Positions 9,676 to 20,100 of a DNA stretch of 60,592 nt are shown piece by piece (within the stretch, counting starts at the first letter, position 1; each line of letters opens with the position of its first letter). Source of the DNA: an uncultured Chryseobacterium sp. (lineage in GTDB: Bacteria; Bacteroidota; Bacteroidia; Flavobacteriales_F; PHOS-HE28); assembly GCA_964476665.1 (NCBI GenBank), contig CAYZBO010000005.1, positions 1 to 60,592 on the forward strand, written 5' to 3'. Position numbers and translations under genes: made by a program. The notes below the pieces were generated by a model. It worked only from the letters and a program-made list of their open reading frames with translations. It was not told the DNA's origin and did no database searches.

Positions 9676-9947
9676 TGGTGCACTCCTTCGTTTAGGTCGT
9701 CATTGATGGATCCCACGCTCCCAATGGCAGCATACAGGTGTCTCAGGCTAGAACCAACTTCCGCGAGTGCCTTCGCATGGGGCAAAACAGCCTCCGCCTT
9801 TTGTGAAGTCCTAGCCTCACCGTTCGTTCCCGCACCGTAGTAACCAATGTTACCAATGGGCAGTCCTGATCCAAATTGAGCGCACAGTGAGTGCAGCGTG
9901 AGGATCATCGCCGGAAGGATCGTCAGTCTTCCAAAGTTCATGGTCAT
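9672..9947 (-). CDS. Small hypothetical secreted protein (91 aa)
   Basis: The start MTMNFGRLTILPAMILTLHSLCAQ is a signal peptide. The stop overlaps the FG-GAP start codon (ATGA at 9672-9675). There is no recognisable domain. Confidence 0.35.
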   Translation of the reverse strand: MTMNFGRLTILPAMILTLHSLCAQFGSGLPIGNIGYYGAGTNGEARTSQKAEAVLPHAKALAEVGSSLRHLYAAIGSVGSINDDLNEGVHQ

Positions 9948-10220
9948 GTGGTTTTGGGAAGGGGAATATAGGCAATCCTTTCGGACGAACAACTCGATCG
10001 AGCAGACGAACGAACTATAACGCTCGCTGGAGGCCTTGACTGAGCCGCTGGCGTTCACTCCCTCCGCGCCTTCCCTGAGCGCTGACATCGCCATCCACAC
10101 ACCCGTTCCCGCCATCCGCTCGATCGGGCTGGTTCCCAGGGCAGTGTCTCAGCAGTTTTGGCCTCGCAGCGGGCAAATGCCGCTGGGATGACCCGAACCG
10201 AACCCCAACCACCCAACGCC

Positions 10221-11078
10221 ATGAACACCAACATCCTTATCACCGCAGTCCTCAGCATCCTGCTTTACACAAGCGCGCGCCATGCCCAGGGGCAGGAAGT
10301 CCTTACCAATGCCGACCTCCTCCAGCTCGCCGAGCTCGGCATGGGGGAGACCATCATCCTCAGCCGGGTGGAGACGGCTGCGAACACCTTCGACGTGAGC
10401 ACATCGGCCCTGGTCGCCATGAAGCGCGCGGGCCTCTCCGATGCAGTGCTCGCGGCCGTGGTGAAAGCGGCGAACGATCCGGCCCGGAAAGCGGTGGACC
10501 CCAACGACCCGTTGGCACCCCACCGGCCGGGCATCTACTACTTCGATGAAGCCGGCCGATTGGTGGAGCTGTTGCCCACGGTGACCTCGCAGGGCAAGGA
10601 TAAAGGGCGGTTGGCCACCGCGCTGACCTATGGGTTGGCGAAGACCACGGTAGTGGCGCGCGTATCGGGTGCACAGGCACGCGCTCAGTTACCGACCGCA
10701 CGCGAGTTCTACTTCTACTTCAATCAGCAGAATGCGGCCTTTGACCAGAGCAGCATCGCCTTCTACGGGTTCCAGCAGGCCACCAGCCCCAATGAGTTCA
10801 CTCTTGCCCGGCTTGATGATGCGTCGGGTGCCCGCGAATTGGAGATGGGCTCCGCGAACAGCTTCTCCTCCGAGTTCGGTATCGATGAGAAGCACACCCG
10901 GTCATTCGGTATCGAGCAACTCGCACCTGGCATCTACAAGGTGACCCCTGAGGGCCTAGAGATGGGCGAGTACTGCTTCGTCTATGCCGGCGCCTCGTCG
11001 TATGGCCAGGGCGCCCATAAGCTCTATGATTTCGGCGTTGGCCGGATCGCTGCACAAGGCGTGATCAGCGGGCAGTGA
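10221..11078 (+). CDS. Hypothetical secreted protein
   Basis: The ATG at 10221 gives the signal peptide MNTNILITAVLSILLYTSARHAQGQ. The frame is long with ordinary composition. The C-terminal motif (L.PGIYKV...GEYCFVYAG...KLYDFGV) resembles the next gene. Confidence 0.6.
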   Translation: MNTNILITAVLSILLYTSARHAQGQEVLTNADLLQLAELGMGETIILSRVETAANTFDVSTSALVAMKRAGLSDAVLAAVVKAANDPARKAVDPNDPLAPHRPGIYYFDEAGRLVELLPTVTSQGKDKGRLATALTYGLAKTTVVARVSGAQARAQLPTAREFYFYFNQQNAAFDQSSIAFYGFQQATSPNEFTLARLDDASGARELEMGSANSFSSEFGIDEKHTRSFGIEQLAPGIYKVTPEGLEMGEYCFVYAGASSYGQGAHKLYDFGVGRIAAQGVISGQ

Positions 11079-11114
11079 ACCCCACGGCATACCGAAAGCA
11101 ATAAAGCACCGACC

Positions 11115-11861
11115 ATGCGCCACCAACACCCCTCCCTCCACCGGTCCCAGGCATGGTTCCCGGTCCTTCTCGCCATCGCCCTTGTCGTCGGCACTGCTCA
11201 ACAAGGCTCTGCACAGATCAGCGCAGCGAATGATGGCTCGCTCGTAAGCGACAGCTCGCGGGGATCGTGGGCCAATGAGAAGAGCGCCCCAGCCCCGAAC
11301 TGGTCTTGGAGCGGTGAGCGTGCCCAAGCTCCTCAGCAGCGCATCCTCGTTGGTCCGGCCACTGCGCCGGTGGAACTGATCCAGGAGCGCACCAGTGCAG
11401 CGCGCAGCAAATACCCGTCGCTGGTCATGTCCATGGGCATCGTGTACAAACTCGATGGTGAGAGGTCGGCCGTTCGCTTGGCAGGGGACTCATCTATCGT
11501 GCTGCGCGTGGAGACCCTCTCGTCACCGGATGCGGATACATCCACTGCCAACACGGCGCAGGTCCCGGACGATCTGCTTTTGGTGCGCCTTCAGCCCGCG
11601 ACGAACGCACGCACACTGGTGGTCGTGGAACAGACCTGCTATAGCTACCGCGATGTGCGCCGGCCTGGAGGATCCATCCCGTTCCAACGCGCGGCAGGCG
11701 GGCCCGGACAATGGGAGCTCCGGATGGATGGACTCCAACCGGGTGAGTACGCCCTTGTGGCTGCCGAGCAGATCACCAGGCCCGCCGGGCCGATTGCCGT
11801 CCACACGTTCGGGGTCGGCGAACCAGACCCTACTGCGCCCGCCCACCCTACTGCACACTGA
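11115..11861 (+). CDS. Hypothetical secreted protein, distant paralogue of the preceding gene
   Basis: Signal-like WFPVLLAIALVVGTAQQGSAQ. The C-terminal part (LQPGEYALVAAE...IAVHTFGVG) parallels that of 10221..11078. Confidence 0.55.
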   Translation: MRHQHPSLHRSQAWFPVLLAIALVVGTAQQGSAQISAANDGSLVSDSSRGSWANEKSAPAPNWSWSGERAQAPQQRILVGPATAPVELIQERTSAARSKYPSLVMSMGIVYKLDGERSAVRLAGDSSIVLRVETLSSPDADTSTANTAQVPDDLLLVRLQPATNARTLVVVEQTCYSYRDVRRPGGSIPFQRAAGGPGQWELRMDGLQPGEYALVAAEQITRPAGPIAVHTFGVGEPDPTAPAHPTAH

Positions 11862-11884
11862 ACCTCAACGCAACCCTGACCACC

Positions 11885-12130
11885 ATGACCAGCACTGCTT
11901 TCCTTCCGTTCCGCTCAGCTATCCTGTTGATGCTCGCAGCTCTCTTCCTGCTCCCGGCCTGCCAGAAGTGCGAGACCTGCTCCTACACGTACGATGTAAG
12001 CAACGGACAGCAGGAGACCTACACCTTCCCCGAGGTGTGCGGGGAAAAGTTCAAACGAGAAGCGCAAGAGGAGCGTTGCCGCACGGCCGCGCAAATGGCG
12101 GGCACCACCTGCACCTGCCAGAAAAGCTGA
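11885..12130 (+). CDS. Small Cys-rich lipoprotein (81 aa)
   Basis: Lipobox LLPAC after a hydrophobic N-terminus; 8 Cys in the mature part. Confidence 0.5.
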   Translation: MTSTAFLPFRSAILLMLAALFLLPACQKCETCSYTYDVSNGQQETYTFPEVCGEKFKREAQEERCRTAAQMAGTTCTCQKS

Positions 12131-12158
12131 CACCCAACAAACCACAACCCCCACGAAC

Positions 12159-13259
12159 ATGCGTAACACAGTCACCCTTCTCCTTCTCTCGCTGGTGACC
12201 GGGCTCCAAGCCCAGGTGATAACCCTCTTGCACAATGGCTCTTCATCGTTTTTCTACGATGTCAATGATCTCGCCACTGTGATGAACGCCGCACAAGCAG
12301 GCGATACCATCGTCCTTCCAGGTGGCGAGATCGATCCGAACGGGTCGCTCACCTTCAACAAGCCCCTCGTCTGGGTGGGGGCTGGATACAGACCGGATAC
12401 GACCATGGTGACCCAGCCAACGATCATGGCTTCGCACCCCACGTTCCAGTTCTCCATGTCCCAACAGGCATCGGGCTCCCGGTTCCATGGAATACGGTTC
12501 GAGCGTGTTATCCGCGTGGGCCTTACGGGTGTGAACAACCCGGCCGTGGACAACGTCAGCTTTACCCGTTGCGAGTTCACCACTGGCCTGAGCCTTGCAG
12601 GGGGTGGCGCGTTCGCTGCGACGAACTGTCAGTTGCGGCAATGTGTGCTTCGCGAAGGGGTAAGTGTTCCATTCGGAAACATAGCCCCATTGGCGAACGC
12701 ACTGAACGCACCCACCGGCTTCCTAGCCGAGAATTGCATTATAACGGGTTCGGTCAGATTCGGAAACTCACCCACAAGTGGCCAAGTGGTCAATTGTGTA
12801 CTCCTGAGCCCTGATCTCTCCTCCGCCACGCTCAATAGCGGGCTGGCTTACACGAACTGCATTTTTGCCGCCACGGTGAACTATCCAGCAGTGAACAACC
12901 CATCCTCCTTCCAACGCTGCTTGTTCGCCCAGGCCGGGGGAGCGCTGCCCAACTGGGGTGCGAACACGGTGAATCTAGGTGGCAATGCCGCTTCAAGCCT
13001 AACGGCCACCAACGTTTTCAGGAACGTGCCGAGCTGGATCCAATTCAGCTACAACCATGACTACAGACTCGCCGTTGGCAGTCCGGCAGCGAACATGGGC
13101 GGAACAGATTCGGGCGTGTACGGCGGTCCTCCCGGTGCGACTTGGAAGGAAGGTGGCATCCCCTTCAACCCGCATTGGATCGGCCTCTCCCCCTCGCTGG
13201 GCAGCACCAATGGCGGCGTGATCAACGTGAACCTCTCGGGCGCAGCCCAGCAGAACTGA
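12159..13259 (+). CDS. Hypothetical secreted protein, possibly a beta-helix
   Basis: Signal peptide MRNTVTLLLLSLVTGLQAQ. Repetitive N/C/G-rich segments (NCQLRQC, ENCIITG, VNCVLLS, TNCIFAA) suggest parallel beta-helix rungs; this fold call is weak. Confidence 0.6.
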   Translation: MRNTVTLLLLSLVTGLQAQVITLLHNGSSSFFYDVNDLATVMNAAQAGDTIVLPGGEIDPNGSLTFNKPLVWVGAGYRPDTTMVTQPTIMASHPTFQFSMSQQASGSRFHGIRFERVIRVGLTGVNNPAVDNVSFTRCEFTTGLSLAGGGAFAATNCQLRQCVLREGVSVPFGNIAPLANALNAPTGFLAENCIITGSVRFGNSPTSGQVVNCVLLSPDLSSATLNSGLAYTNCIFAATVNYPAVNNPSSFQRCLFAQAGGALPNWGANTVNLGGNAASSLTATNVFRNVPSWIQFSYNHDYRLAVGSPAANMGGTDSGVYGGPPGATWKEGGIPFNPHWIGLSPSLGSTNGGVINVNLSGAAQQN

Positions 13260-13265
13260 AGCGCC

Positions 13266-15554
13266 ATGATCCGCCACTTCACCTTCCTATTGGCAGCCGC
13301 AGCGATCGTCCTCACCGCTGCAGGCCAGAGCCCCACCATCGTGGGCTATGAGTACTGGTTCGACCAGAACGATGGCGCCCGCACCTATGTGCCTGTGGCC
13401 CCGGCACAGACCGTGAACCTGAGCAACGCGCCCTTGAACACCAGCGGGCTCTCGCTCGGTCCCCATGTGGTGAACCTCCGTTGGAAGGACCAGGGGCCCG
13501 GCGGTGCCAAGCGCTGGAGTTCCGTGGTGACCCGTGCGCTGCAGGTGGGCCAACCCGGCCCATGGGAGATCGTGGCCGTGCGCTACTGGGTGGGCAACCC
13601 TGCCAACGATGCCGACCCGCTCGTCCGCACCAAGGTCTTCAGCACCCCACAAACGGTACTTTCCTACAACGGACTACTGGACCTGTGCGGGTACCCCACA
13701 GGGACCCAGACGCTCAAGCTCCAACTGCTGGACAACCATGGACAATGGAGCTCGGTGGTGGCACGGCCGGTGAACATCAGTCTTGCGGGTTCGCTTGGGC
13801 AACCGGTGATCACCGCATCGGCCACCACCTTCTGCCCCGGCGATGTGGTCACCTTCACGGCAACGCCGCAGATCGGCCCTGGTTTCGCCACTCCGACCGG
13901 CTACACCTGGCAGGTGCCCACAGGCAATGGCTGGAGCGCGCTGCCCTCGGACAGTGCAGGCATCGTGGTCACCATCGGTGATCTCTCCGGCACGGTACAG
14001 GTGACCCCCAGCAATTTCTGCGGCACCGGCCCGAGCGCGTCCCTCGCCATCGGCATCGCCCCAACACCGGACCAGCCCGGCTTCATCACCGGACCGCTCC
14101 AGGCCTGTGCGGGTGGCACCGGCACCTTTGGAACGCCCGCCGTGCCCGGCATCACCTATGCGTGGTCGATCAGTGGTGGGTGGACGGCCAGCGGAGGCCC
14201 AGATGCCTCGATCACCACCACGATCGGCACCGCGGATGCCAACATCGCCGTGACCCCCTTCAATGCCTGTGGTGTGGCCGGCCCCACACGTGAAGCGCAG
14301 ATCAGTGTGACCCTGCCTCCCAACGCCGGAACCAACGGCGATCTGGTCATCTGCTCCGATGCAGGGCCGGTCAACCTCTTCCTTCAGCTTCAGGGCACTC
14401 CCGACAGCGGCGGAGTATGGTCGTTCAATACCGATGCGGTGTCCGGCATCTACAACCCGGCATTGAACTCCCCCGGCACATACAGCTACACGGTGAGCGG
14501 CTCTGGCCCCTGTCCGGATGCCACAGCCACGGTGACGGTGATCGAGCCGCAGGCCCCCAACGCCGGCCTCGACGGGACCATCGCCCTCTGCAGCAACGCT
14601 GGGCCGGTCAGCATGACGGATGCGCTGGGCGGCTCGCCCGATGCCAATGGAACCTGGTCGGGCCCCAGCTCCACAGCCGGCCAGTTCGATCCGGGCACGA
14701 TGGTCGCTGGCGTGTACACCTACACGGTGAGCGGCACAACACCCTGTGCCAACGCCACGGCCTCGCTCACCATTGCAGTGCAGCAGGCGCCCAATGCGGG
14801 CGTGGGCGGCACATTGGAACTGTGCGCGGGAGCTGGATCAACTGACCTGCTGGGTGCGCTCAGCGAAGACCCCGACCCAACGGGCAGTTGGAGCGGTCCT
14901 CAAGGCCCCCATGGTGGCACCTTCACCCCTGGTGGCGACCCGGAGGGTGTATACACCTACACGGTGCCGGGTGCAGGAATATGCGGCGCGGCAAGTGCCA
15001 CCCTGAACGTGAACGTGATGGAGCTTGTCCTATCCAGCATTGGTGGTCCGCTGTCGGTGATGGAGGCCGCACAATTGGAATACACAGCCGCCCCGCCGCT
15101 GGCCGATGCGGACTCGATCGCTTGGACCCTTCCTTCCGGTTGGACATGGGCTTCCGACGATACTGACCCGTATGATGCCGTCGCTCGCGTCGTACCCTCC
15201 GACCAAGCGATGGTGGTGAGCCTTTGCGCACAAGCCTTTGGTGGTGGTTGTGCCGGGAACGAGGTGTGCGTGACGGTGGATGTGACGGTCGGGATCGAGG
15301 GGCGTGATGTGGAGGCCGCTGGGGTGATGGTGTTCCCGAACCCGAGCGCGGGTCGATTCATACTCCGAAGCGCAGATCAAGGAGAGGAACTGGAGGTGCG
15401 GGTGCATGACATGCTTGGTCAGGAGATCGCGATGTTCCGACACCGAGGCGGTGACCTGGCGATGGAACTCGGCCACCTCCCAGCCGCAACCTATGTGCTC
15501 CGATGGGTCAACAACGGTCGCAGTGGCACTATCCCGGTGATCGTGGCACATTGA
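13266..15554 (+). CDS. Repeat-rich secreted protein with a T9SS type A C-terminal sorting domain
   Basis: There are four repeats of NAG.(N/D)G.L..C......L...L.G.PD..G.WS. The C-terminus (VMVFPNPSAGRFILRS...ATYVLRWVNNGRSGTIPVIVAH) is a Por tail. Confidence 0.85.
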   Translation: MIRHFTFLLAAAAIVLTAAGQSPTIVGYEYWFDQNDGARTYVPVAPAQTVNLSNAPLNTSGLSLGPHVVNLRWKDQGPGGAKRWSSVVTRALQVGQPGPWEIVAVRYWVGNPANDADPLVRTKVFSTPQTVLSYNGLLDLCGYPTGTQTLKLQLLDNHGQWSSVVARPVNISLAGSLGQPVITASATTFCPGDVVTFTATPQIGPGFATPTGYTWQVPTGNGWSALPSDSAGIVVTIGDLSGTVQVTPSNFCGTGPSASLAIGIAPTPDQPGFITGPLQACAGGTGTFGTPAVPGITYAWSISGGWTASGGPDASITTTIGTADANIAVTPFNACGVAGPTREAQISVTLPPNAGTNGDLVICSDAGPVNLFLQLQGTPDSGGVWSFNTDAVSGIYNPALNSPGTYSYTVSGSGPCPDATATVTVIEPQAPNAGLDGTIALCSNAGPVSMTDALGGSPDANGTWSGPSSTAGQFDPGTMVAGVYTYTVSGTTPCANATASLTIAVQQAPNAGVGGTLELCAGAGSTDLLGALSEDPDPTGSWSGPQGPHGGTFTPGGDPEGVYTYTVPGAGICGAASATLNVNVMELVLSSIGGPLSVMEAAQLEYTAAPPLADADSIAWTLPSGWTWASDDTDPYDAVARVVPSDQAMVVSLCAQAFGGGCAGNEVCVTVDVTVGIEGRDVEAAGVMVFPNPSAGRFILRSADQGEELEVRVHDMLGQEIAMFRHRGGDLAMELGHLPAATYVLRWVNNGRSGTIPVIVAH

Positions 15555-15570
15555 GCAGCGACTGTGCAGC

Positions 15571-15600
15571 GGGGCTGCTGGGTATGCCAGCAGCCCCGTT
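15571..15600 (+). terminator. Rho-independent terminator candidate
   Basis: 11-bp perfect stem GGGGCTGCTGG/CCAGCAGCCCC with a 5-nt loop, then GTTTG. It begins 17 nt after the stop at 15554. Confidence 0.55.
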
Positions 15601-15671
15601 TGCAGGAGATCGTACTTGCCCTCCGCTCATCGATGTTCACAAGAGCCATCAAGGTGAATAACGCGCTTTTC

Positions 15672-15680
15672 ATTGTCCAT
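15672..15680. repeat. Left copy of the target-site duplication ATTGTCCAT
   Basis: An identical 9-mer directly abuts the other IS end at 17007..17015. Confidence 0.85.
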
Positions 15681-17006
15681 CACTGCTGTCCGGTTAAGAA
15701 TCGAACAGAATCAACTGGTTCAGAGGGTTGGAGCCTGACTCTTCCTCTTGGGTCTTCTGAAAGGCTTGCTGGATGGGCATTTTCTCGAAGGGCATGACCG
15801 AACAGATCTGTAGAATGGAATGGAGCGAAGCATCCAACTTCAGCCGCTTGCGAACGATGGCCACCAGCAGGTACACGGAGACGGCGATCCAGATCTGGCA
15901 CTTGACGGCGTTCTCCGAGAGGCCGTAGAACTTCTTGATACGCAGATGCTGCTTGATCCACTTGAAGAACAGTTCGACCTGCCATCGGTTGCGATAGAGC
16001 TCGGCGATGGTAGTGGCGGGCAGCGCGAAGTTGTTGGTGATGAAAACCAGAAGACGCCCACTCTCCAGGTCCTTGAGCTTGATGCGCCGGAGCTTGTGGG
16101 GGTAGTCCGAAGCCGACTTGATGCCTGCGAAGACAACGGTCTGGTCGCAGATGATGCCGGTGGTGCGATCGGTGGGCGCAGAGTACAGACGCCGCAGATC
16201 CGTGTTGGACTTGGCCCGAGTAATGAAGAACGCCCCGCATACGTGCAGTGTGCAAAGGCGCTCCAGAGCCAGGTAGGCGCGGTCCATGACGTAGAAACTG
16301 CCCGCCTCCGGGATGAGCAGATCCAAGGCATTCACGTCGTGCATCTTTCCATCGCTCACGTGGATGAAGCTGGGGATAGAGCCACGCAGGTCCATGAGCG
16401 TATGCATCTTCACGGCCGCCTTGGTCTTGCGGAACACCGCCCAGGGGAAAGAGGACAGGCACAGGTCGATGGTGGTGGAATCCAGCGCATAGACCGTCTC
16501 TTTGAGATCCAGAACGCCAGGTTCGCTTGCGTGCAGCTTGCGTGCTTGGGCGATCAAAACCTGGGCAAAGTCCGAGTAAATGCGCCAGTCGCGCAGTTCG
16601 TTCGCATCGGCCAGGGTGCTGCGCTTCACCGGGTTGCTCAAACCCATGCGGTACAGCTTGCCGGGCTGGGCGCTCAAGCAGGTCTCGATGTCTCGCAGGC
16701 TCTCACGATAGGTGAGTTGCGCGAAGGCCATCGCCCTGAAGTGCTCCCGACAGGAAAGGGTCCGGACCCGATAGTCCCCGGCATAGCGCTCCACGATGCG
16801 GTCGAACGTTGTCCAGGGAAGATGCGCCATCAACTGGCTGAAGACCGTGCTGCCGACGTTCATACGGAGTTCCTTGAGTTGTCCTCAAGGAAACCCACAT
16901 CAGCAAGTGGCTGCCATTCAAATCCGCCCCATGCATTTTCGTTCGATAGGCCGCGTCCATATTGGGCTCATCCTATGTTTGACCAAGGCTTAACCGGACA
17001 GCAGTG
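15681..17006 (-). mobile_element. Intact IS4-family insertion sequence (1326 bp)
   Basis: Perfect 18-bp terminal inverted repeats: CACTGCTGTCCGGTTAAG at 15681-15698, and its reverse complement at 16989-17006. It contains a single DDE transposase ORF and is flanked by a 9-bp direct repeat. Confidence 0.9.
15694..16863 (-). CDS. IS4-family DDE transposase
   Basis: Candidate DDE residues lie in YALDSTTIDL and YVMDRAYL. The Y-x2-R-x3-E-x6-K signature is YRNRWQVELFFKWIK. The N-terminus (FSQLMAHLPW..FDRIV.RY.GDYRVR.LSC..HF) is typical of DUF4372-type IS4 transposases. Confidence 0.95.
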   Translation of the reverse strand: MNVGSTVFSQLMAHLPWTTFDRIVERYAGDYRVRTLSCREHFRAMAFAQLTYRESLRDIETCLSAQPGKLYRMGLSNPVKRSTLADANELRDWRIYSDFAQVLIAQARKLHASEPGVLDLKETVYALDSTTIDLCLSSFPWAVFRKTKAAVKMHTLMDLRGSIPSFIHVSDGKMHDVNALDLLIPEAGSFYVMDRAYLALERLCTLHVCGAFFITRAKSNTDLRRLYSAPTDRTTGIICDQTVVFAGIKSASDYPHKLRRIKLKDLESGRLLVFITNNFALPATTIAELYRNRWQVELFFKWIKQHLRIKKFYGLSENAVKCQIWIAVSVYLLVAIVRKRLKLDASLHSILQICSVMPFEKMPIQQAFQKTQEEESGSNPLNQLILFDS

Positions 17007-17015
17007 ATTGTCCAT
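17007..17015. repeat. Right copy of the target-site duplication ATTGTCCAT
   Basis: Matches 15672..15680 exactly. Confidence 0.85.
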
Positions 17016-17037
17016 TTATTCTCTTTTCCCATATTTG
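17008..17037 (+). promoter_or_regulatory. Candidate Bacteroidota-type promoter: -33 TTG, 19-nt spacer, -7-like CATATTTG
   Basis: TTG at 17008-17010 lies inside the TSD, and CATATTTG is at 17030-17037. The element is about 100 nt upstream of the ATG at 17136. This is a pattern match only. Confidence 0.3.
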
Positions 17038-17135
17038 AGTCATTCAGCCGCAACGTTGGAACAGGCCCACACCATCTCGATAACACGATGCGGCCACATC
17101 TGACGATGGGGTTCACGGCAGGATCTGTTGCGCCT

Positions 17136-20100
17136 ATGAAGGCGGTGCTTCTCTGTGTTATGGCCTGCCTTTCAATAGGCGCCAATGGCCAGTTCAGCAT
17201 CACCATCGCCCCCAATAACCTACCGCCGTATTGCGGGCAGGAGATCCTCACGTTCCAAGTGAATGGCGTGCCGTGCGGGCCGGGTAGCACGGTCGCTTGG
17301 TCTTTCACGAATGGCACTGGACCCTCAACTGGTGGGAATGGCTCCGCCTCAAATCCTTGTTCATATACGGCCCTCTTTGGTGTGGGGTGTTGGGATGCGA
17401 CCGTGACGGTGAACGGGACCACCTACCCGGTCCTTGACAATCTGTTTTGTGTGAATCCCTTTCCGGTGGCCTCCTTCACCGTGTCCCAGACCAATATCTG
17501 CGAGGGGGGGTGCATCACCTTCACCGATGCGAGCGAGCCGGCGGGCCAGATCGATAGCTTGACCTGGACCGGCCTGCCGTGCGCACAGGCCGGCACTGGG
17601 CTACCCACTTTCAGTTGCTGCTTCCCGGATGCAGGGACCTATTATCCCGATCTCACGGTTTTTGCGAACGGCTGTCCGGATGCGGTGCTTGATTCCATCC
17701 CGATCATGGTGAGCGGTGACTATCCGACAGCTTCATTCAATCCCATCAGCTTGCTGGACTGTCCGGCTCCGCTGGACCTCAACCTGATCAATGCCTCGGG
17801 GCCTGGATTGACATCCTCTTGGGAGCTGACCAACACAGCCACCGGCACCGTGGTCTGCGACGCACTAACCACGGATCTTCTTTGCACCGGGGTTGACACG
17901 GGGACCTATGAAGCCTGCCTGGAGGTGACCAATTCCGGTGGATGCAGCAATGAGGTCTGCCACCCGGTCACGATCTTCGAGGCTCCTGTCCTGGGCATCA
18001 CGGTCAGCCCCTCGCCCACATGCGCGAGCGTGCCGGTCACCTTCTCTGCCGCCGCGACGCAGCCCGCCTCACCCGGCCTGGTGCAATGGAATATCGGGTG
18101 CGATGGAAACGTCGATGGTACCGGCTTGGATTGGAGTCACCCATTCAGTGACGCCGGAACCTATCAGGTCTGCGCACACATCGAGTACTCCTCGACTTGT
18201 TCTGCGGACACCACCTTCACCATCGAGGTCTTCGACCCGCTTGTGGCAGCGTTCACGCCAGGCGACACCACGGTGTGCTTCAGCCCGGTCACGTTGACGT
18301 TCGTGAACCAATCCAGCGGGAGTGGGACCTTGAGCTATAGCTGGCACGTCAATGGCACGCCTCAAGCCAACACCACCGACTTCACGTGGACCTTCCCCAC
18401 GAGCAGCGTCGTGCAGCTCGTCGTCACCAATGACCAAGGCTGCACGGCCACGGAGCAGATCAACGTCGTGCTCGACCTGCCGGAGTTGAATTTGACGGGT
18501 ATTCCATTTGGTGTTTGTGCGGGGCAGACCATTTCGCCGCAGTTCGTCCTGAACGTCATTCCCGGCGAGGCGCCTTACAGCTATTCATGGGATTTCGATG
18601 GCGGGGGGGAGGACAGCAACTTGCCGAATCCCATCTGGTCGTATAACACGACCGGTAGCTACACCATCTGCCTTACGGTGACGACGGCATCGGGTTGCAT
18701 TGTCACCGATTGCCAGGACATCCTGGTATCACCGGCCTTGGATGCCGGGTTCGGACCTGTGCCTCAAGCCTTGTGCGCCGGCGCGGGCGTTGCCTTGCAG
18801 GCGGACAATCCGGACGGTTCTTCCTACCTGTGGAATTTCGGAGATGGCTGGACAGTGACCACGCCAGGACCATCCGTGAACTACATGTACAACGACACCG
18901 GCTGCTTCAATGTGACGCTGACCATCTCCAACCTGGGCTGCGCGGCCGATTCCACTTACCCCAACGCCATCTGCATCTGGGGGCCGGTCGCCGATTTCAC
19001 CATCGCACAGGACTGCGCCACTCCCTTCGAAGTGTCGTTCAGCAACCAATCACTCTTCGACGACAGCCTGTTCTGGGACTTTGGTGATGGCACATATCTG
19101 GTCGGCGATTCTGCGGACGATGCACCTGATATCCATGCGCCCACGCATGTCTACGCGAACGAAGGCATCTACACGGTATGCCTGACCGCATCCGCCGATA
19201 CCTCCACCTGTCCGCATACGCGCTGCTTCGAAGTGTATATCGATGTGCCCAGCGCGGAGCTCCAATTCACGCCCACAAGTGGTTGTCCTCCCCTGTGCGT
19301 GGAGTTCAGCACCACGGAGACCTTCAATGTGGAATGGGAGATCGACTTCGGCAATGGGGATACGCTTGTGGCCACGGCACCAGGTTGCACTCCGCCTCCC
19401 GACGACATCGATGATTGCGCCGACTGGTCTGTTACCTTCACGGACAGCCCGGTGCCAGCGTCCGGCTATTTTGTGCCGTTCCAAGGCGGGAACATCTTCC
19501 CGGCCTGTGTGAACTACGAGGATGCGGGCAGCTACACGATAACGGCGATCGCCACGAACATCAATGGGTGCACCGATACCACGGTTTATCAGAATGCCAT
19601 CACCATCAGCACGGCACCGGACTTCGCCACCTTCACCTACTCGGTCACCAACCCCTGTGGGCCGTACTGCGTAGACCTGAACGCGGACAACAGCCTGAAC
19701 AGCTACCAATGGTCCTACCGCTTGTTCCCCTTCGGCCCGTGGACGGCGATACCGGGCAACACGGATGCCGTGTCGCTCTGCCTGGATGACCCGCCCGGCT
19801 TTCTGGAGGTGCAATTGGAAGGCGACCAGGGCACCTGTTCGGATAGCCAGACCGTGCAAGTGGTCTTCCCGGTTCCAGCGGCAGCTTCGTTCAGCATCGA
19901 CGATGCCACGCCATGCCTTGGGCAGGAAGTGCAGTTCACCGAGCTGGTTGGGGGCGTAACCGGCCATGTGTGGAGAGTGGATGGTGACCCTGTTCCGGGG
20001 GCGCAGAGCATGGCGCATACGTTCGTCGTGAATGGCATTCACGAGGTCTGCCTGAGCGTTGTCGATGCACAGTACAACTGCCCGGACACCAGCTGCCAGA

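Noticed and set aside
15820-17007. 395-aa + strand ORF opposite the transposase gene, and similar antisense ORFs at 19050..20240, 20946..22583, 44989..45987, 46036..46632, 47851..48762, 49536..50309, 50335..51117, 52399..53145, 53326..54063, 55957..56964, 57604..58221 and 58203..59669
   Set aside because: Each is fully overlapped by a CDS with clear domain evidence on the other strand. Their composition is typical of antisense high-GC frames.
17004-17135. Track start (GTG 17004) for the PKD adhesin
   Set aside because: That codon lies inside the IS inverted repeat and TSD, and the first 44 residues lack any signal. ATG 17136 gives a canonical signal peptide.
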